In this document: positions 11,711-27,249 of the stretch, piece after piece
Position numbering within the stretch: position 1 is the first letter of the stretch
Layout: each line of letters begins with the position of its first letter
Origin: the human T2T-CHM13v2.0 reference genome, Homo sapiens
Assembly (NCBI RefSeq): GCF_009914755.1
Contig: NC_060929.1
Direction: 5' to 3' (one strand)
Length of the DNA: 64,000 nt
Made by a program: the position numbers and the translations under genes
The notes under the pieces: generated by a model
Databases searched by the model: none
The model's input: only the letters and a program-made list of their open reading frames with translations
Told to the model about the DNA's origin: nothing

Positions 11711-13345
11711 AAGACAGTGGACAAAGTAGAGCCCAGTGAATTAGCAAATCAATCTAACATGACAAATCTCTGCTCTCACCATCCTCATTGCCAGGGGCCA
11801 GGGCCAGAAATGGAAGCAGATGTTACAACAGAATGGCCAGTGTTCTGGCGAGGGTAAAACCAGGACATCGTGGGAGCCCTGACTAACCTGAGAGGGTCAG
11901 GGGAGGTGTCCAGGAAGAGGAAACTTGGAGGAGCATTTTGAAGGGGGCGCGTGATAGCCTCCAGGTGGAGAAGAGGAAGGAAGATTGCCAGGCAGATGGA
12001 AGAGCACAGCGAAGGCCCAGGGGCAGCTTATTCCAGCTTGGGTGGCCCATCAGGCCAATAACCACAGTAACAACAAAAGGTATAGAAGAAGCTGGTTTGG
12101 AGAGGATGCTGAACTCCACCTTGAGGATTGCTTTTGAATATTTCTTTTTAAATAATTCTTTTGGCTTTCCTTTCCTCCCTCACATAAAATAGAAAACACG
12201 CTCTCAGCTGCTAAGCCTCTCCCCAGGGGTGTGGTTTGCCTAATAAATTGCAAAATTGACCTACTAATGCTAAGAAGTTAAGTCAAATTAAATCACAAGA
12301 GAATTTCCAAGGACCGCTTACCATTCCCTACTTGTCTGCCAGGGAAGAAGGCGCCATGCCCTGGGTGTGGATAAGATAGGAGCTCTGTAAGCTCTGTGAC
12401 CCCAGCACAGCCATTGGCACTTGCTACCCTCGGATCTCCAGGAACCGGTGGAGAATAACCCCAAACCGCCAAGAGTTTGCCTCTCTCGGCATGCTCTGGC
12501 TCCAGTGAAGTTATGAGACTCCCACCCCTTAAAGAGCTTAAAGACCTTAAAGAGCCCACCCCTGCTGTAGAGAGAAGCGACAGCTGCCAGGCTCCGCCCA
12601 CCCCTCCTTCATGGGTAAATGAGAAGGGCCCACCCCTCCTTCCTGGATAAATGAGGGTGTAAAGGGCCCAGCCCTTCTCTACGGAATGCCGGGGCTGCTT
12701 TGGGATGTGTGGCTCGGTGTTCACAGTCACCTTGGGAGTCAGAACCAGGTTCAGCCTCCGTGGCAGGACACCCAAGCTCTGTCACGTCTGTTCCTACGGC
12801 TCCTCCTGCCTCCCGCCTTACTCCTCCACAGCTCCCACAGCCGCCCTGCCCCTTTGTAGTGCCCCAGCCAGCTCGAGCCGCCTCTACAGAAGGATTGCTC
12901 ATGGTTCTAAGTGTTAACTGAGTCTCCTTGACCCCTCGCATTTCCCGCCCCCCGCTCCCCGCCCCACCACCCCACCCCGCTTACCTAGAATCTTTCCCTC
13001 CCTCCCTACTCAATGGAAAGAGGCCTCAGGGCAGAAAGCAAACAGGAAGGACTCCGGATTTACTGCATAACTGATGCTCTCGGAGCAGCCTGGGCTGCCA
13101 GGGGAGCAGGCAGAATAGTGTTCTGCTCCTACTCCCCATCAACGCCTTGGCACTATACCTCTGGAACTTGGCCATGACCTTGAGTGAAAGGGAAGGCACC
13201 CCAGTGAAATGCAGTCTCAAAATAGAAATGAAGTTGTTGGGAAGACAAGCTCATTAAATGCATGCCTGAGTTTATGGGTTGAGACTCACACCTGTTGCAC
13301 ACAGGTGTCTGCCTCAGTCTGGAAGGTTCCCACCCACACCCCAAG

Positions 13346-13347
<2 letters not shown>

Positions 13348-13383
<36 letters not shown>

Positions 13384-13390
13384 CACACAG
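13348..13390. repeat. (CA)n microsatellite
   Basis: acacacac... run. Confidence 0.95.
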
Positions 13391-14325
13391 CCTGGATCAT
13401 GCCTCCTTACCTGCTCACCATCCAAACCTTGGTTTCCATATGACCTCCTCCAGAAAGCCTCCCCCGACAGACCTCACCCCTGCCCCCACATCACCGGGCT
13501 GGATTAATCTGTAAGCATTTTCTTCTCTGTCTCCTTCAGTACCTATCAGCTCCTCAAGAACAGGGACGAGATCTAGTTCACTGTGGCATCCCTATTGCTC
13601 AGAACAGTGCCTGGCACGTAGCGGGCACCCCACAAATATTTCTTCACTTAAACAAATGACCACATGGCAGATGAGGAAGACAGGACTTGGGGAAGGTATC
13701 CTAAGAGGAAGTTTTCTGACGGCTACAGACATCGGCGTCAGGCCATGCCTGGGACGTTCCTTCCACCTGGGTGCATGCTGAGCCTTTCTTGCCTCTGTCC
13801 TGCTGGCTTAGTTTGTTCCACTTCTCCCCTCTCCACTTTTTGGGAGGGTTCTGGGGAGGGTGGGCAGAAGGGGAGAAGTGCAAGAGGCAGGCCTGCTGGG
13901 GCTGGAGGGAGGATTTTGCGGCATTTGGAAGACACAGTAGGTGGGAGACGAAGCTAGGGCGTCAGTCCCCTTGATGGTGACTGGGAATTACAGTAGAGAA
14001 ACGGCGCTGTACGGACACTGCTGGTTTTGTGTTCACAGGACTTTTCTCGCACTGGCACATGGATCACAGCTTTACAAATGCCACATCCTCAAGAAACCAC
14101 AGCAGACAGTTCCTGCCTCTTCCTCCACCTCCTCCTGAATCAGAAGGGAAGTGAGATTTCTATTTGCCTGGCGTGCACAACCCTCCATAGTTTACACCTG
14201 GTACAGCTCTTCAGTTCATCAACATTTACTGAGCCCCACGTGTCCCAGGTGTAGAAGGTCCTTTATTTTCTTACGCTTTTTATTTGCATAATATTCGCTT
14301 TTAGACACACCGCCTTGGTCCCTGA

Positions 14326-14867
<542 letters not shown>

Positions 14868-15075
14868 GGGATTTTCTTAAAACATAAAACCAGATTCCAT
14901 CATTCCTCTGCTTAAAATCCCTCAGAGATTCTCATATCAAACTTTAAGCTCTTTACCAGGGCCTGCAGGGCCTTGCCTGACCTGCATAAAAGTCTCAACT
15001 GAAATGTGACTTGCTCAGAAGGACCCTTTGTAGCCACACTATGGAGACCTTTGTCTATCTCAGCACACTGCTTCT

Positions 15076-15240
15076 TTTGTTTTGTTTTGTTTTTGAGACA
15101 GGATCTTGCTCTGTTGTCCAGGCTGAAGTGCAGTGGCAAGAACAGGGCTCACTGCAGCCTTGACTTTCTGGTCTCAAGCGGACCTCCCACCTCAGCCTCC
15201 AAAGTGCTGGGATTACAGGCATGAGCCACTGCGTCCAGCC
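15076..15240 (-). mobile_element. Partial/monomeric old Alu (AluJ/FRAM-like)
   Basis: gagacaggatcttgctctgt...gagccactgcgtccagcc. Confidence 0.85.
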
Positions 15241-15529
15241 ACTCTGTTTCTATTCTTTGGAGCATTTATCACATTTTGTCAGTTCAGTTTCCCCCTCACA
15301 ATGGAGAGGGTGAGGGAGGGCAGGGGCAGCCCTCTCCCCCTCACTTCTTATTCCTAGCATGTGGCACATGGTAGGTGCTCAACCCATCTTTGAAGAAGGC
15401 TGGGATAATGACCTTGGGGTGAGGGAGGCCAAGCAGAGATGTGCTGGGCTAGTGCAGTGGCCCAGGACAGAGATGGAGGTGGTCTGTGCTCAGGGGCTGT
15501 GAAGCCAATAGACCTTACTGGATGGAGGG

Positions 15530-15896
15530 TGCATCTTATCCATCCGGGCTGCTATGACAGAATACCATAGACTGGGCAGCTTATCCACAGCAGGTACTTA
15601 CTTCTCATAGTTCTGCAGGCTGGGAAGTCTAAGATCAAGGTGCCAGCAGATTCCGTGTCTGGTGAGGGCCACTTTCTCATAGACGGTGACTTCTTGCTGA
15701 GTCCACACGTGGTGCAAGGGGCAAGGAATCTCTCTGGGGACTCTTTTATAAGGGCACTAACCCCATTCACACGGGCTTCATACTCATGACCTAATCACCT
15801 CCCAAATGCCCCATCTCCTAACACCATTACATGGTGGGCAGTGGGGTAGAATTTAAACATGGATTTTGGGGTGATACAAACATTCAGACCATAGCA
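15530..15896 (-). mobile_element. MLT1A-family solo LTR (ERVL-MaLR)
   Basis: Ends in cattcagaccatagca (reverse complement of the TGCTATGG..TGAATG start); aagatcaaggtgccagcagatt core. Confidence 0.85.
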
Positions 15897-15931
15897 GGGA
15901 GGATGTATTTTGGGGGCAGAGAAAACAGAAT

Positions 15932-16641
15932 GGAAACTGCCTTTGCAAAAATCATAGCTGAGAAAATTACGACAGTGAAAGATACCACACCTAACTGACC
16001 CCATCTTGCTTCTAACCGTGAAACTGTCCTTGTTCATTCCTTGGCATAGGCCGAACTCGCTTTGGGAAGGAATTTAGTGTATAGTTTATATAATAGGCCT
16101 TCCCAAAAGGCTAAACTGTTCTTGTAAAACAAATGAAAGGCCACCAGCCACCAAGTCAAGATGAGAGGGGCTGGAATTCTAAATATTCCCAGCCATTATT
16201 CCGGAGGTCCTAAGATTTGCAACTTACCCAATTACTCTTGAAGGTAACATTACTATTGTGAACCTAAGATCGGCCTTTGGAGATGTCTTTTTAGGTTTTT
16301 GCATTTCTAACAACTAAACGGCCCCACCTGGACCTGCCAACCAATTATGTGGCCCCCACCCCGGAACTGACTCAGCAGAAGTGAACAGCTTCGACGCCCT
16401 GTGAGTTTATCTCCAAGCCAACCAATCAGCACTCCCAATTCACTGGCCCCCTACCCACCAAATTATCCTTAAAAACTCTGATCCTCAAGTTTTCAGAAAG
16501 ACTGATTTGAGTAATAATAAAACTTCAGTCTCCCACACAGCCGGCTCTGCGTGGATTACTCTTTCTCGGTTGCAATTCCCCTGTCTGGACAAATCGGCTC
16601 TGTCTAGGCAGCGGGCAAGGTGAATCCCTTGGGCGGTTACA
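15932..16641 (+). mobile_element. Complete solo LTR8-family (ERV1) LTR
   Basis: Begins ggaaactgcctttgcaaaa, ends gggcggttaca; 4-bp TSD GAAT (15928-15931, 16642-16645); internal CCAAT and AATAAA (16516). Confidence 0.88.
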
Positions 16642-16679
16642 GAATGTGCTGGCAGGCTGAATGGTGGAGCAGAGAAGAA

Positions 16680-17225
16680 GGATGAACCCTACATTTCCCA
16701 CTTGAGCACCTGTGTGGGATGGTGGTGCCAGGGGACAGCGGGAGAGCAAGCATTACAGGAAAACCCACACGTTATGTTTAGGATACATTCGTGGTGTGAT
16801 GTCTGTAAGACATTTAAGGGAGGGGTTGTGTAGGCAGCTAGACTATGAGTCTGGAGCCGGAGGGAAGATCTAGATTCAAGTATGGGGGTCAACAGCACAT
16901 TGACGGTGCCGAAAATCACAAATGGTATGAGATCCATTGGAGAGAGCACCTATGGAGAGAATATGGGAGCTCAGGACTGCACTTGAGGATGCCCAAGATT
17001 CTGAGATCACATAGAGAAAGAGCAGCCAGCAAAGGATACTGAAGAGAAGAGGCCAGTGCAGGGGACAGGGAAACCAGGCCAGTGTAGTGGCCCTGAGCCG
17101 AGGGAAGAGTTTCTCAAGGAGAGGGAAGTCAACAGTGAAGACACTGCTGAAAGATGTGCTGTGATGGGAACAGAGATGTGGCCTTTGGATTCACAATAGG
17201 AAGGTCCTGGGAGCTTGGCAAGAGC
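16680..17225 (-). mobile_element. L2 LINE fragment
   Basis: Degenerate L2 motifs (gagggaagatctagatt.., gtcaacagtg..ctgctga, ctttggatt..caataggaaggtc). Confidence 0.6.
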
Positions 17226-17233
17226 TATTGTAG

Positions 17234-18170
<937 letters not shown>

Positions 18171-18602
18171 CTCTAGCATGTGTGCTGATGAGGATCACCT
18201 AAAGAAGAAGGCACTGGTGATGTGGAAGGGAGGGAAAACCAAACAAGCAAGGCTTCCAAGAAAGCAGGAGGAGATCCAGGGCCCAAAAGCTGTGGTGGCT
18301 GTGGTGGGGAGAAGGACATTTGCTGCTGTATGGCAGGCAGAGAGAAGATGCAGGAAGGAGGTAGGTTTGGTGGTGGGCATATGCAACTTGCCCCTGGAGA
18401 CCTTCTATTGTTCTGTGATAAATGAGTGGAAGCCTCAGCTGAGAGTGGGGGAGAAGAAGGGGTTCTGAGAATATACAGACAAAGGAAAACCATCTTCTCA
18501 GGAATGAGCAGAAAACCTTCTAGAGAACCATGGTAGGAGGGCAGGGCAATGAGAGACCATTTGGGAATCATAAAACTGAATTAAAAGTGAACTCAGTCAG
18601 CT

Positions 18603-19015
18603 TGGCAGTGGTATTTTTGTCTCCTCCCTTCCGAAATTTGTATGCTGAAGCCCAAACTCCCAATGTGATGGTACTGGGACTTGGGGCCTTTGGGAGGCAA
18701 TTAGGTCATGGTGGAGCCCTTGTGATGGAATTAATGCCTTTACAAGAAAAGATATGAGAGCTCGCTCTCTCTCTCTCCACCCCCACACCCCCCGCCCCAC
18801 CGTTTCCCTCTCCCTCCTCCTCCTCTCCCCAACATGGTGTGAAGACACAGCAAGAAAGTGGCCATCTGCAAGCCAGGGAGAGAACCCTCACCAGGAACCA
18901 AGTCACCAGCGCCTTGACCTTGGACTTCCAGCCTCCAGAGCTGTAGGAAATAACAGTCTGCTGTTTAAGCCCTGAGTTGGTGGGATTTTGTGAGAGCAGC
19001 CAAGCTGACTGTGAT
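18603..19015 (+). mobile_element. MLT1A-family LTR
   Basis: cccaatgtgatggta..ggggcctttgggagg..ttggacttccagcctccaga. Confidence 0.8.
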
Positions 19016-19849
19016 AGGTGGGATTTTACCCAGCAACACTCAGCTGCTCCAGAGTGCCCTGGAGAGGGGAAAGGGTGGATTTATCCAGGGTCAGGGCTTT
19101 GCCAGGCAAGCAAGAGGAAGGAAAGGGGGCACAGCAGGGGGCGGGAGGAAGCAAAAAGGCATGGGTGGCAGACCCCAGGACCTGAGCTGGGGAAAGCAGG
19201 AAATAACGGCTGCCAGGCAGGATGGATGGTGAGAAGAGGGTGAGGCCAGTTGGCTGGAGGGCGAGGACCAGGGATGGGACATCAAGGAATCCTGAGCAAG
19301 TGGCCTGGAGGGGTGGGAAGTGGTGGCCGAGAGCTGGGACCTAGACTTGACACATCAAAAATGAAGCCCCTTCTGAGAATGGTGGAGAATGATGTGATGG
19401 GGCAGGTGGCTGAGCGGCAGGAGCAGGTGGCTGCAGGTGGGGAAGGGGTGAAGCTGTGAGGCCTGGGGACTTGGGTGGGTCACTCCCATGTGGGTTAAAA
19501 TCCCCCCACCCACCCAGTGAGCTCAAGTCTTCTGTAAATACAGGGACGGGGCAGAGGCACGAGGTCTCCTGGGGGCCGGCAGATGGCACCAGTGACTTGG
19601 GAAAGAGCAGCACAGCCAGATGTCTACAACTCCCAAAGGAGAGGAAGGAGCCCAGAATCCGCACATCCGCTCCAGCTCCCAGGGCCCCAGTGTGGGGAAA
19701 CTTCTTCCACCTGAGACACCCAGGGCACCGCGTCCTGGGGACAGCCCATTTTAGGCGGAGGAGGGGATGGAGATGCTGCTCAGAGGAGTGGGGCATGAAG
19801 GCCTGCTGAACTCAGAGGGGACAGGTTGCACAGGGAGGGGAGTGTGGGC

Positions 19850-20155
19850 TGGGAGTGGGGTGAGTGCCTGAGGGCAAATGTGCGTGAGCATGGGGATGAG
19901 GATGTGGCGGTATGTGTGAGTGTGCGTGAGCTGAGGGTGTGGGAATGTTCGTGCGTATGCAAGTGACTGCAAGTGTGTATGTGAGTGTGGGGGGTGTGAG
20001 TAACAGTGTTAGTGTATGAATGTAGGTGTGTGAGAGTGTGAGGGTGAATGTGTGTGTGAATGTGTGGGTGGGTGAGTGTCAGTGTGGATGAGTGTGGATG
20101 TGAGTGGGTGTGTCTGCAAGAGAGAGAAAGAGGAGAGAGAGAGAGAGAGAGAGAT
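19850..20155. repeat. Degenerate (TG)n followed by (GA)n simple repeat
   Basis: gtgtgagtgtg...gagagagaga. Confidence 0.85.
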
Positions 20156-20422
20156 GGATAGGATGGGGATGGCTAGCGGGTGGTACAGGGCAGTGCGGGG
20201 GCGAAATCCAGAAGCTGCTGGAAGGCCATGAAGGCTGACAGGTGGGCTGGGGTGGTCAGGGGCCTCAGGGAGGGCTGTCACCACCTCCACTCCTGTGTAC
20301 TCCGAGGCCTCCCCAGCTGAGTGGCGGCTCTGGGGCAGCTACTCCTCAGAGTTCCTTTCATCTGAGTTATTGGCATTTTCTGGATTGCTGCTGTAGGTCC
20401 TCGTCATTAATTTTAAGATTGC

Positions 20423-20590
20423 AGCCAGGTGCAACGGCTCACGCCTGTAGTCCCATCTACTCAGGAGGCTGAGGTGGGAGGATCTCCTGAGCCCAGGAGG
20501 TCAAGGCCGCAGTGAGCCATGACGGCAACCACTGCACTCCAGCCTGGGCGACAGAACGAGGAGACCCTGTCTCAAAAGAAAAAAAAAAAA
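20423..20590 (+). mobile_element. Alu monomer (FRAM-like)
   Basis: Single right-arm-type monomer with A tail. Confidence 0.85.
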
Positions 20591-21489
20591 GACTTACATG
20601 GTATTCCATTGATTGGGTATTGCATAATTTATTCAGCATTCCCCTATTAATATAACACACATTCTCATTGTGTGCAGAAATGATCAATTACCAACATCAC
20701 TGTCACACGGGTCCCAAAGCTATCTTTTGGCTCATCCCACAATTGCTTCTACAGGATAAATTCCTTGAATGGAAATTGTTAGGTTAAAACTATGCAGAGG
20801 TCTAAGATGATAAACCTATGCTGCCAAAACGCTCTCCCAGAGGACTGAGACAATTTACAAGTAAGCCAGCAACGTGAGCATATCCACTTCTCTTCAATCT
20901 CACCAATTCTGGGTATTATTTATTTTTTATCTCTGATCAGTTAGATACTTTAGATACATGGCGTCTCATTGCTCTTGCAAAATACTGTTATTTGATTATT
21001 AACAAGCATATACATTTTATTATTTGAGTATTGGCTATCTTCCTGTGAATTGCCTTTCCTTGTCTTTTGCTGATTTTGAAGCAGAGTCTTCCTGGTTAGT
21101 AAGAGCGTTGGTAAAAACGAAAATCTTTGTTGGTCATATATGTTAAAAATATTCCTCCCAGTTTATTATTTGACTTTCTATTCCAATGGGGAAATTGTGC
21201 ATTTTCCTATTCCCCAAATCCTATTATTCTTTATATTTAAATCGCATAAACATCCTAAGGTAATTACTGAGAATTTATGTCTTTCAAATATTAAATTCTC
21301 CTCTCCAGATACATAATAGCTATCTCCGTTATTTTTTCAAGTGTTCTTTTTGATTCCTTGTAAACTTTTATTGTTTTCTATATTAGCTACTTCCCGTGTG
21401 GCAGGACGCTGACTACATGAAGATGTCTCCTTCGTGGTGGGCGGGGGACTAACTCGTTTCAGATCAATCCTCCCACTTAGAACAACTAG

Positions 21490-21957
<468 letters not shown>

Positions 21958-22264
21958 TTGGATGAAATACGTTTTGATTTAGGTAAAGACATTAGTGAAG
22001 TACCCAGGCAGACAGGACTTGCGGGGCCAGTGTTTGAGGCTGCCTTTCCCTGAGAGCAGCTGCCTGTTCAGAAACAGCGACCCAGCAGCAAGTAGCAGTG
22101 GCAAGCCTAAGACGAGCAGAGCTTCCACGGGTCTCATGAGGACAAAATGCAGATTTCGGGACTGGCCACAGGCTGAGGGGAACGCCTGAACACCCCGGAT
22201 TTTCAGTTGAGATCCCTCCCAAAGGGAAATTCCCTAGAAATAAGGGGAAATCAGAAGTAGGTCA

Positions 22265-22602
<338 letters not shown>

Positions 22603-23356
22603 TTAAAATAATGAAACCCCCCACAGGCTCATAGATATTCGGTAATTTTATTTCAACCCTCCTTCCTTTCCAATCCGTGATCTAATCTGTAATCTAATCT
22701 GTAATCTAATACATCTATCTCATACCTTTTTATATGTTGTATTTCCATTTTTATTTAGTTTTTATTTCCATTTTTATTTAGTTCCAAATATTAATATTTT
22801 CTCTTTTCCATTGAGTTCTTTTTTGACCCAGATTATTTAGAATTGCATTGCTTAATTTCTAAGTAGTTGGGGATTTTCTAATTATCTTTTGGCTTTTGGT
22901 TCCTAACATAATTCTACAATGTTTGGATAATATACTCTGTATTAGTTTGATCTTTTGAAATTTGTTTTTGCCCTGGCACATGGTAAATCTTCACGAATGC
23001 TCTGTGTGTACTTGAGAACAATGGATATTTTGACATTGTGGAGTGTGGTGTTTGAAATACATGAATTAGGTCAAGTTTGTTTATCATGTGGTTGAAATCT
23101 GTTTTTTTAAATTTGTCGTCTGCTTCAGCTGTGTTAAAAGTCCTCCCCTGTGACTGTGGATTGAATATGTCTCCTTTAGTTCTGTCGACTTTTACTTTAT
23201 ATATTTTGCAGTTATGGCATTAAGAACATAAACACTTAGAATTGTTATAGCTTCGTAGTATACTACAATTTTTACCCTTATGAAATGTCTCTACCCTTAG
23301 TAATGTTTGTCTTAAAATCTACTTTTCGGGGTCCTTTCTGGCCCATCCTTATCTAA

Positions 23357-23746
<390 letters not shown>

Positions 23747-24284
23747 CCTTGCAGCTTTAATAACCCAGCTGAGTCCAGAATCCCTTTCTCCCTTGGGCCA
23801 CTCTCCAGAGCACTGTACCCTGCAGCCACTGGACAGCTCCTCCAAGCCACCACCTAGGAACTGCAAACCCACCCTCAATCCCAGTACCTCCACCCATCAA
23901 TCAATTACTCAATCTGTCAATCAATCAAATAACAACACCCTGGTCCTCATCTCACGTTCTCTCCAGGTGAGAAGTCCTGGTTTGTGGAGTTGCATTGGAC
24001 TCTGTCTCTCCCTAATCCCCCCACATTCAATCCATCAGCCAAGCGCCACTGGTTTTACCTCCTAATTATATCTGGAATGTGCTCTCTACTGCCCACCAGA
24101 ATCCTTGTCCACAAGGCCTCCATCTCCCCTCAGGAGGGCTGCAGCAGCCCCCTAACAGATCTCCCTGCTCCCATGCGGCTTTAAGCTGTCTCATGCAGAG
24201 GCTGGAGTCCTCCTGCCACCAGGATTCTCACCCTGTCACCCCCAGCTCAGAACCCTCCAATAAAAATAACAGCAACAACAAATC

Positions 24285-24595
24285 GGCCGGGTGTGGTGTC
24301 TCACACCTGTAATCCCAGCACTTTGGGAGGCTGAGACAGATAGATCACCTGAGGTCAGGAGTTCGAGACCAGCCTGGCCAACATTGTGAAACCTCGTCTC
24401 TACTAAAAATACAAAACTAGCCCTGCATGGTGGTGCACGTCTGTAGTCTCAGCTACTCGGGAGGCTGAGGCAGGAGAATTACTGAACCCAGGAGGTGGAG
24501 GTTGCAGTGAGCCAAGATCGTGCCACTGCACTCCAGCCTGGGCAACAGAGGGAGACTCTGTCTCAAAAACAAACAAACAAAAACAAAAAAACCAA
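24285..24595 (+). mobile_element. AluS
   Basis: Full dimer, (AAAC)n tail, TSD aacaaatc. Confidence 0.95.
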
Positions 24596-24609
24596 TAACA
24601 AATCTGCCA

Positions 24610-24840
24610 GCCCTCACTGAGCACTGCCAAGAACCTGCACTGTTCCAGGCATGTTGCTTGTGCAGATTCATGGAATTGTTACAGAAGCCCTATGAAGGGA
24701 CCTCTGTTACCACCCCATTACCCAAGCGAGAAAGCAGGCACAGAGAGCTTAAGCAACTTGCCCAAGGTCACCCAGCTGACCAAAGCAAAAACAGGACTCA
24801 AACCCAGGCAGCCTGGAGCCAGAGACCACCCCCTTAACCA
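24610..24840 (-). mobile_element. MIR SINE
   Basis: ttaagcaacttgcccaaggtcac...ggactcaaacccaggcag. Confidence 0.8.
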
Positions 24841-25407
24841 GGCATCACTCCGATGTGCCAAGAAGATAAATGAATCTTCTCACTGAGGCTGAGAAGGCCT
24901 TGTGAAATCAGGCCTGCTGGCCTCCCAGACATTGTTCCACAGCTGCCTCCTCCCATCCAGCGTCTCTGGCTTTCACACTCACCAGACTTCCTCCCTGCCC
25001 AGGGCCTTTGCACATGCTGTGTGCTCTAGGAAACCTCGCCCCATCCCCTGCTCATAACTTCCAATCAACCCTCTCCCCCAGGGTCCTTGGCTGCCTGGGC
25101 CACCGGGCAGTCCCTCGGGTATATGCTTTCATGCACCCTGAATTTTTCCTCCACGCATTTCTAACAAAGGCTGTATTAATACATCTGTGCAGGCGCGTGA
25201 ATATGTTTCCTGATGGACTATGAATGTGGCCAGAGCAGCCATCGTGTCTAGCTTCGTCCATTGTGGTCCCCGGTGCCTATCCCAGTGGCACTGAATGTTT
25301 GTGGAATGGATGGGTGAATAAAGAAATGAATGCATCCCCGCAGATGGGGGGCTGCAAAGCCCTGGGGTCAGGCTCTCTGCCTTCCTCGCCTTTGTTCCTT
25401 CGTTCGC

Positions 25408-25426
25408 TGACCGCCAGAGGGCGCCA
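25408..25426 (+). promoter_or_regulatory. CTCF motif TGACCGCCAGAGGGCGCCA
   Basis: Near-perfect CTCF core in a CpG-retaining, repeat-free patch. Confidence 0.75.
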
Positions 25427-25936
25427 AAACCCGGGAAATGGCCCGCCTGATGCGTGGACTCCAGGGGGGTTCCCCAGCAAGGGGAAGGGGCCGGGTGCCC
25501 AGTGGGTGGGCGCCGTGGCCTCCCTGAAAAACACTGTGGACAAATAAAGACTAAGGCCTGGTTTGACTCCTTCCCCGGAAGCTTCTCAGCTGTGACCAGC
25601 AGACACCCTGCCTCTCAGGGGGATGGCAGAAATCCTTGCTGCCCGGTAGGAACTGAGCCCAAGGGCCTGAGGTAGGAAGGGATGTGTTTGCACAGCAAAC
25701 ATTCGTGGATGGAGCCAGCCTGAAAGGGGACTTCTAAGTGGGAAAGAAAAACAAATACTGGTCCCCTACTCTCACATGCCTACAATCCTGGCAACTCCCA
25801 TAGGTAGGTAGGCATTGCTGTTCTCCATGTCTGCACTTGGGGAAACTGAGGCACAGCTGTACCCAGTGGAGCTTGGTGATGCCTTCCCACCCCTTGCCTG
25901 CCTACTGGCCACCCCTGCATCTAGCTGCCTCCACAT

Positions 25937-26085
25937 GAGTGGTTCTCACAGTGTGGTACCTGGAGCAGCAGCAGCTCCTGTCCACCCAGACCTCCTGATT
26001 TAGAGACTCTGGGATTGAGCCCAGCAACCTGTGGCTAAAAGCACTCCAGAACATTCTGATGTGCAGTCAAGTATGAGAACCTCTG
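25937..26085. mobile_element. MER5A-type hAT MITE (internally deleted)
   Basis: agtggttctca...tgagaacctctg termini. Confidence 0.7.
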
Positions 26086-27249
26086 GTCTGCACCAGCCCT
26101 TTCTCGGGCCTGGGCAACACAACTGTGAGGACAGTGAGGCGGGACCCTGAGGGAGGGGAGTGAGAGGTGAGGCTGCTCCATGGGAGAGGTGAGGCCAGTG
26201 TCCCAGGCTGCCCAGAGCCCCCTGGGTGGGCAGGGCCCACCAGGTGGAAAAGCCCCAGAAGATACCTTGCACCTTCTGTGCCCACTCAAGTCCCAACAGA
26301 CAGCCCGAGGGCTGCAGAGGGTTGGCAAGCACTGGCCATGCAGGTTCCCAGGACCCTCCCCTGCCTCCCCCGGAGGGGGCCTGGACAGCTGCCATCTGAA
26401 CCGGTCCCCAGCCATTCCTCTGCATCCTAACATTGGAGAACTGCAGGCTCTGGAGGTTTTGGACCAGCCAGAGCCAGGTGTGAATTCTAACACATCTGTG
26501 ACCTAATACAAACCCTGTCCCTCCTTTGATCCTTGGACTGCTCCCGAATAGAAGACGGTCATTATGAAAAAAAAGAAAATGAGAGTGGTTTAGAGAATCG
26601 GAGGTGGCTTGGGACATTCAGAGCAGGAAATGGGTCTTGGGGGTGGGACCAGCCGCAGATCACTGGCAATGAATGCCATCCTCAGAGCACAGATTTTGTC
26701 CCTGGGGCAAAGGCATTATCCCAGGCAGGCAAGATAATCAGATTTGCATGTTCCAACATTGCACCTGAGGGTCTGAGCTGATGAGAAGGCTGTCCCTGGT
26801 GGGCTCCTGGCACCAGCTCTGGGCCAGACCGCCTGGGTCCAAATTCCTACCCTGCCCCATCCCCACGGCTGCAGGACTTTGTACAACAGACATAACCTGC
26901 CAATGCCTCAGTGGCCTCATCTGTCAAAGGAAGATAAGGGGAGTAGTGTTCACGAGCATCAGATGAGAGACCTCATGTAAAGTCCATGGCGGAAGGGCCC
27001 CATCCCTGATAGCTGTTACTGTCAATCGGTGAGATTGGCCCCAGTTGGTGGGAGCCAGCTGAGGAGAGCAGTCTGTGAAGGCCCTCTATAGGCAGCTTTA
27101 GGAACAGCATGGCCCCGTGGGCACAGTGTTACAGGACTCCCTCCAATCCCCACTCCTGGGTGCCCCAGGAAGGGAACTGACGCCCGGATTGGACACTAGC
27201 CCCCTCCTCCTTCTCCCGAGGCCTTTGGCCTGGCCCTGCACACATGACC

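Noticed and set aside
22224-22234. Perfect kB site GGGAAATTCCC (another at 908)
   Set aside because: Isolated motif in L1-derived or UTR sequence with no supporting cluster
22679-22785. Short tandem duplications (12-bp and 23-bp periods)
   Set aside because: Ordinary slippage in AT-rich L1 remnant
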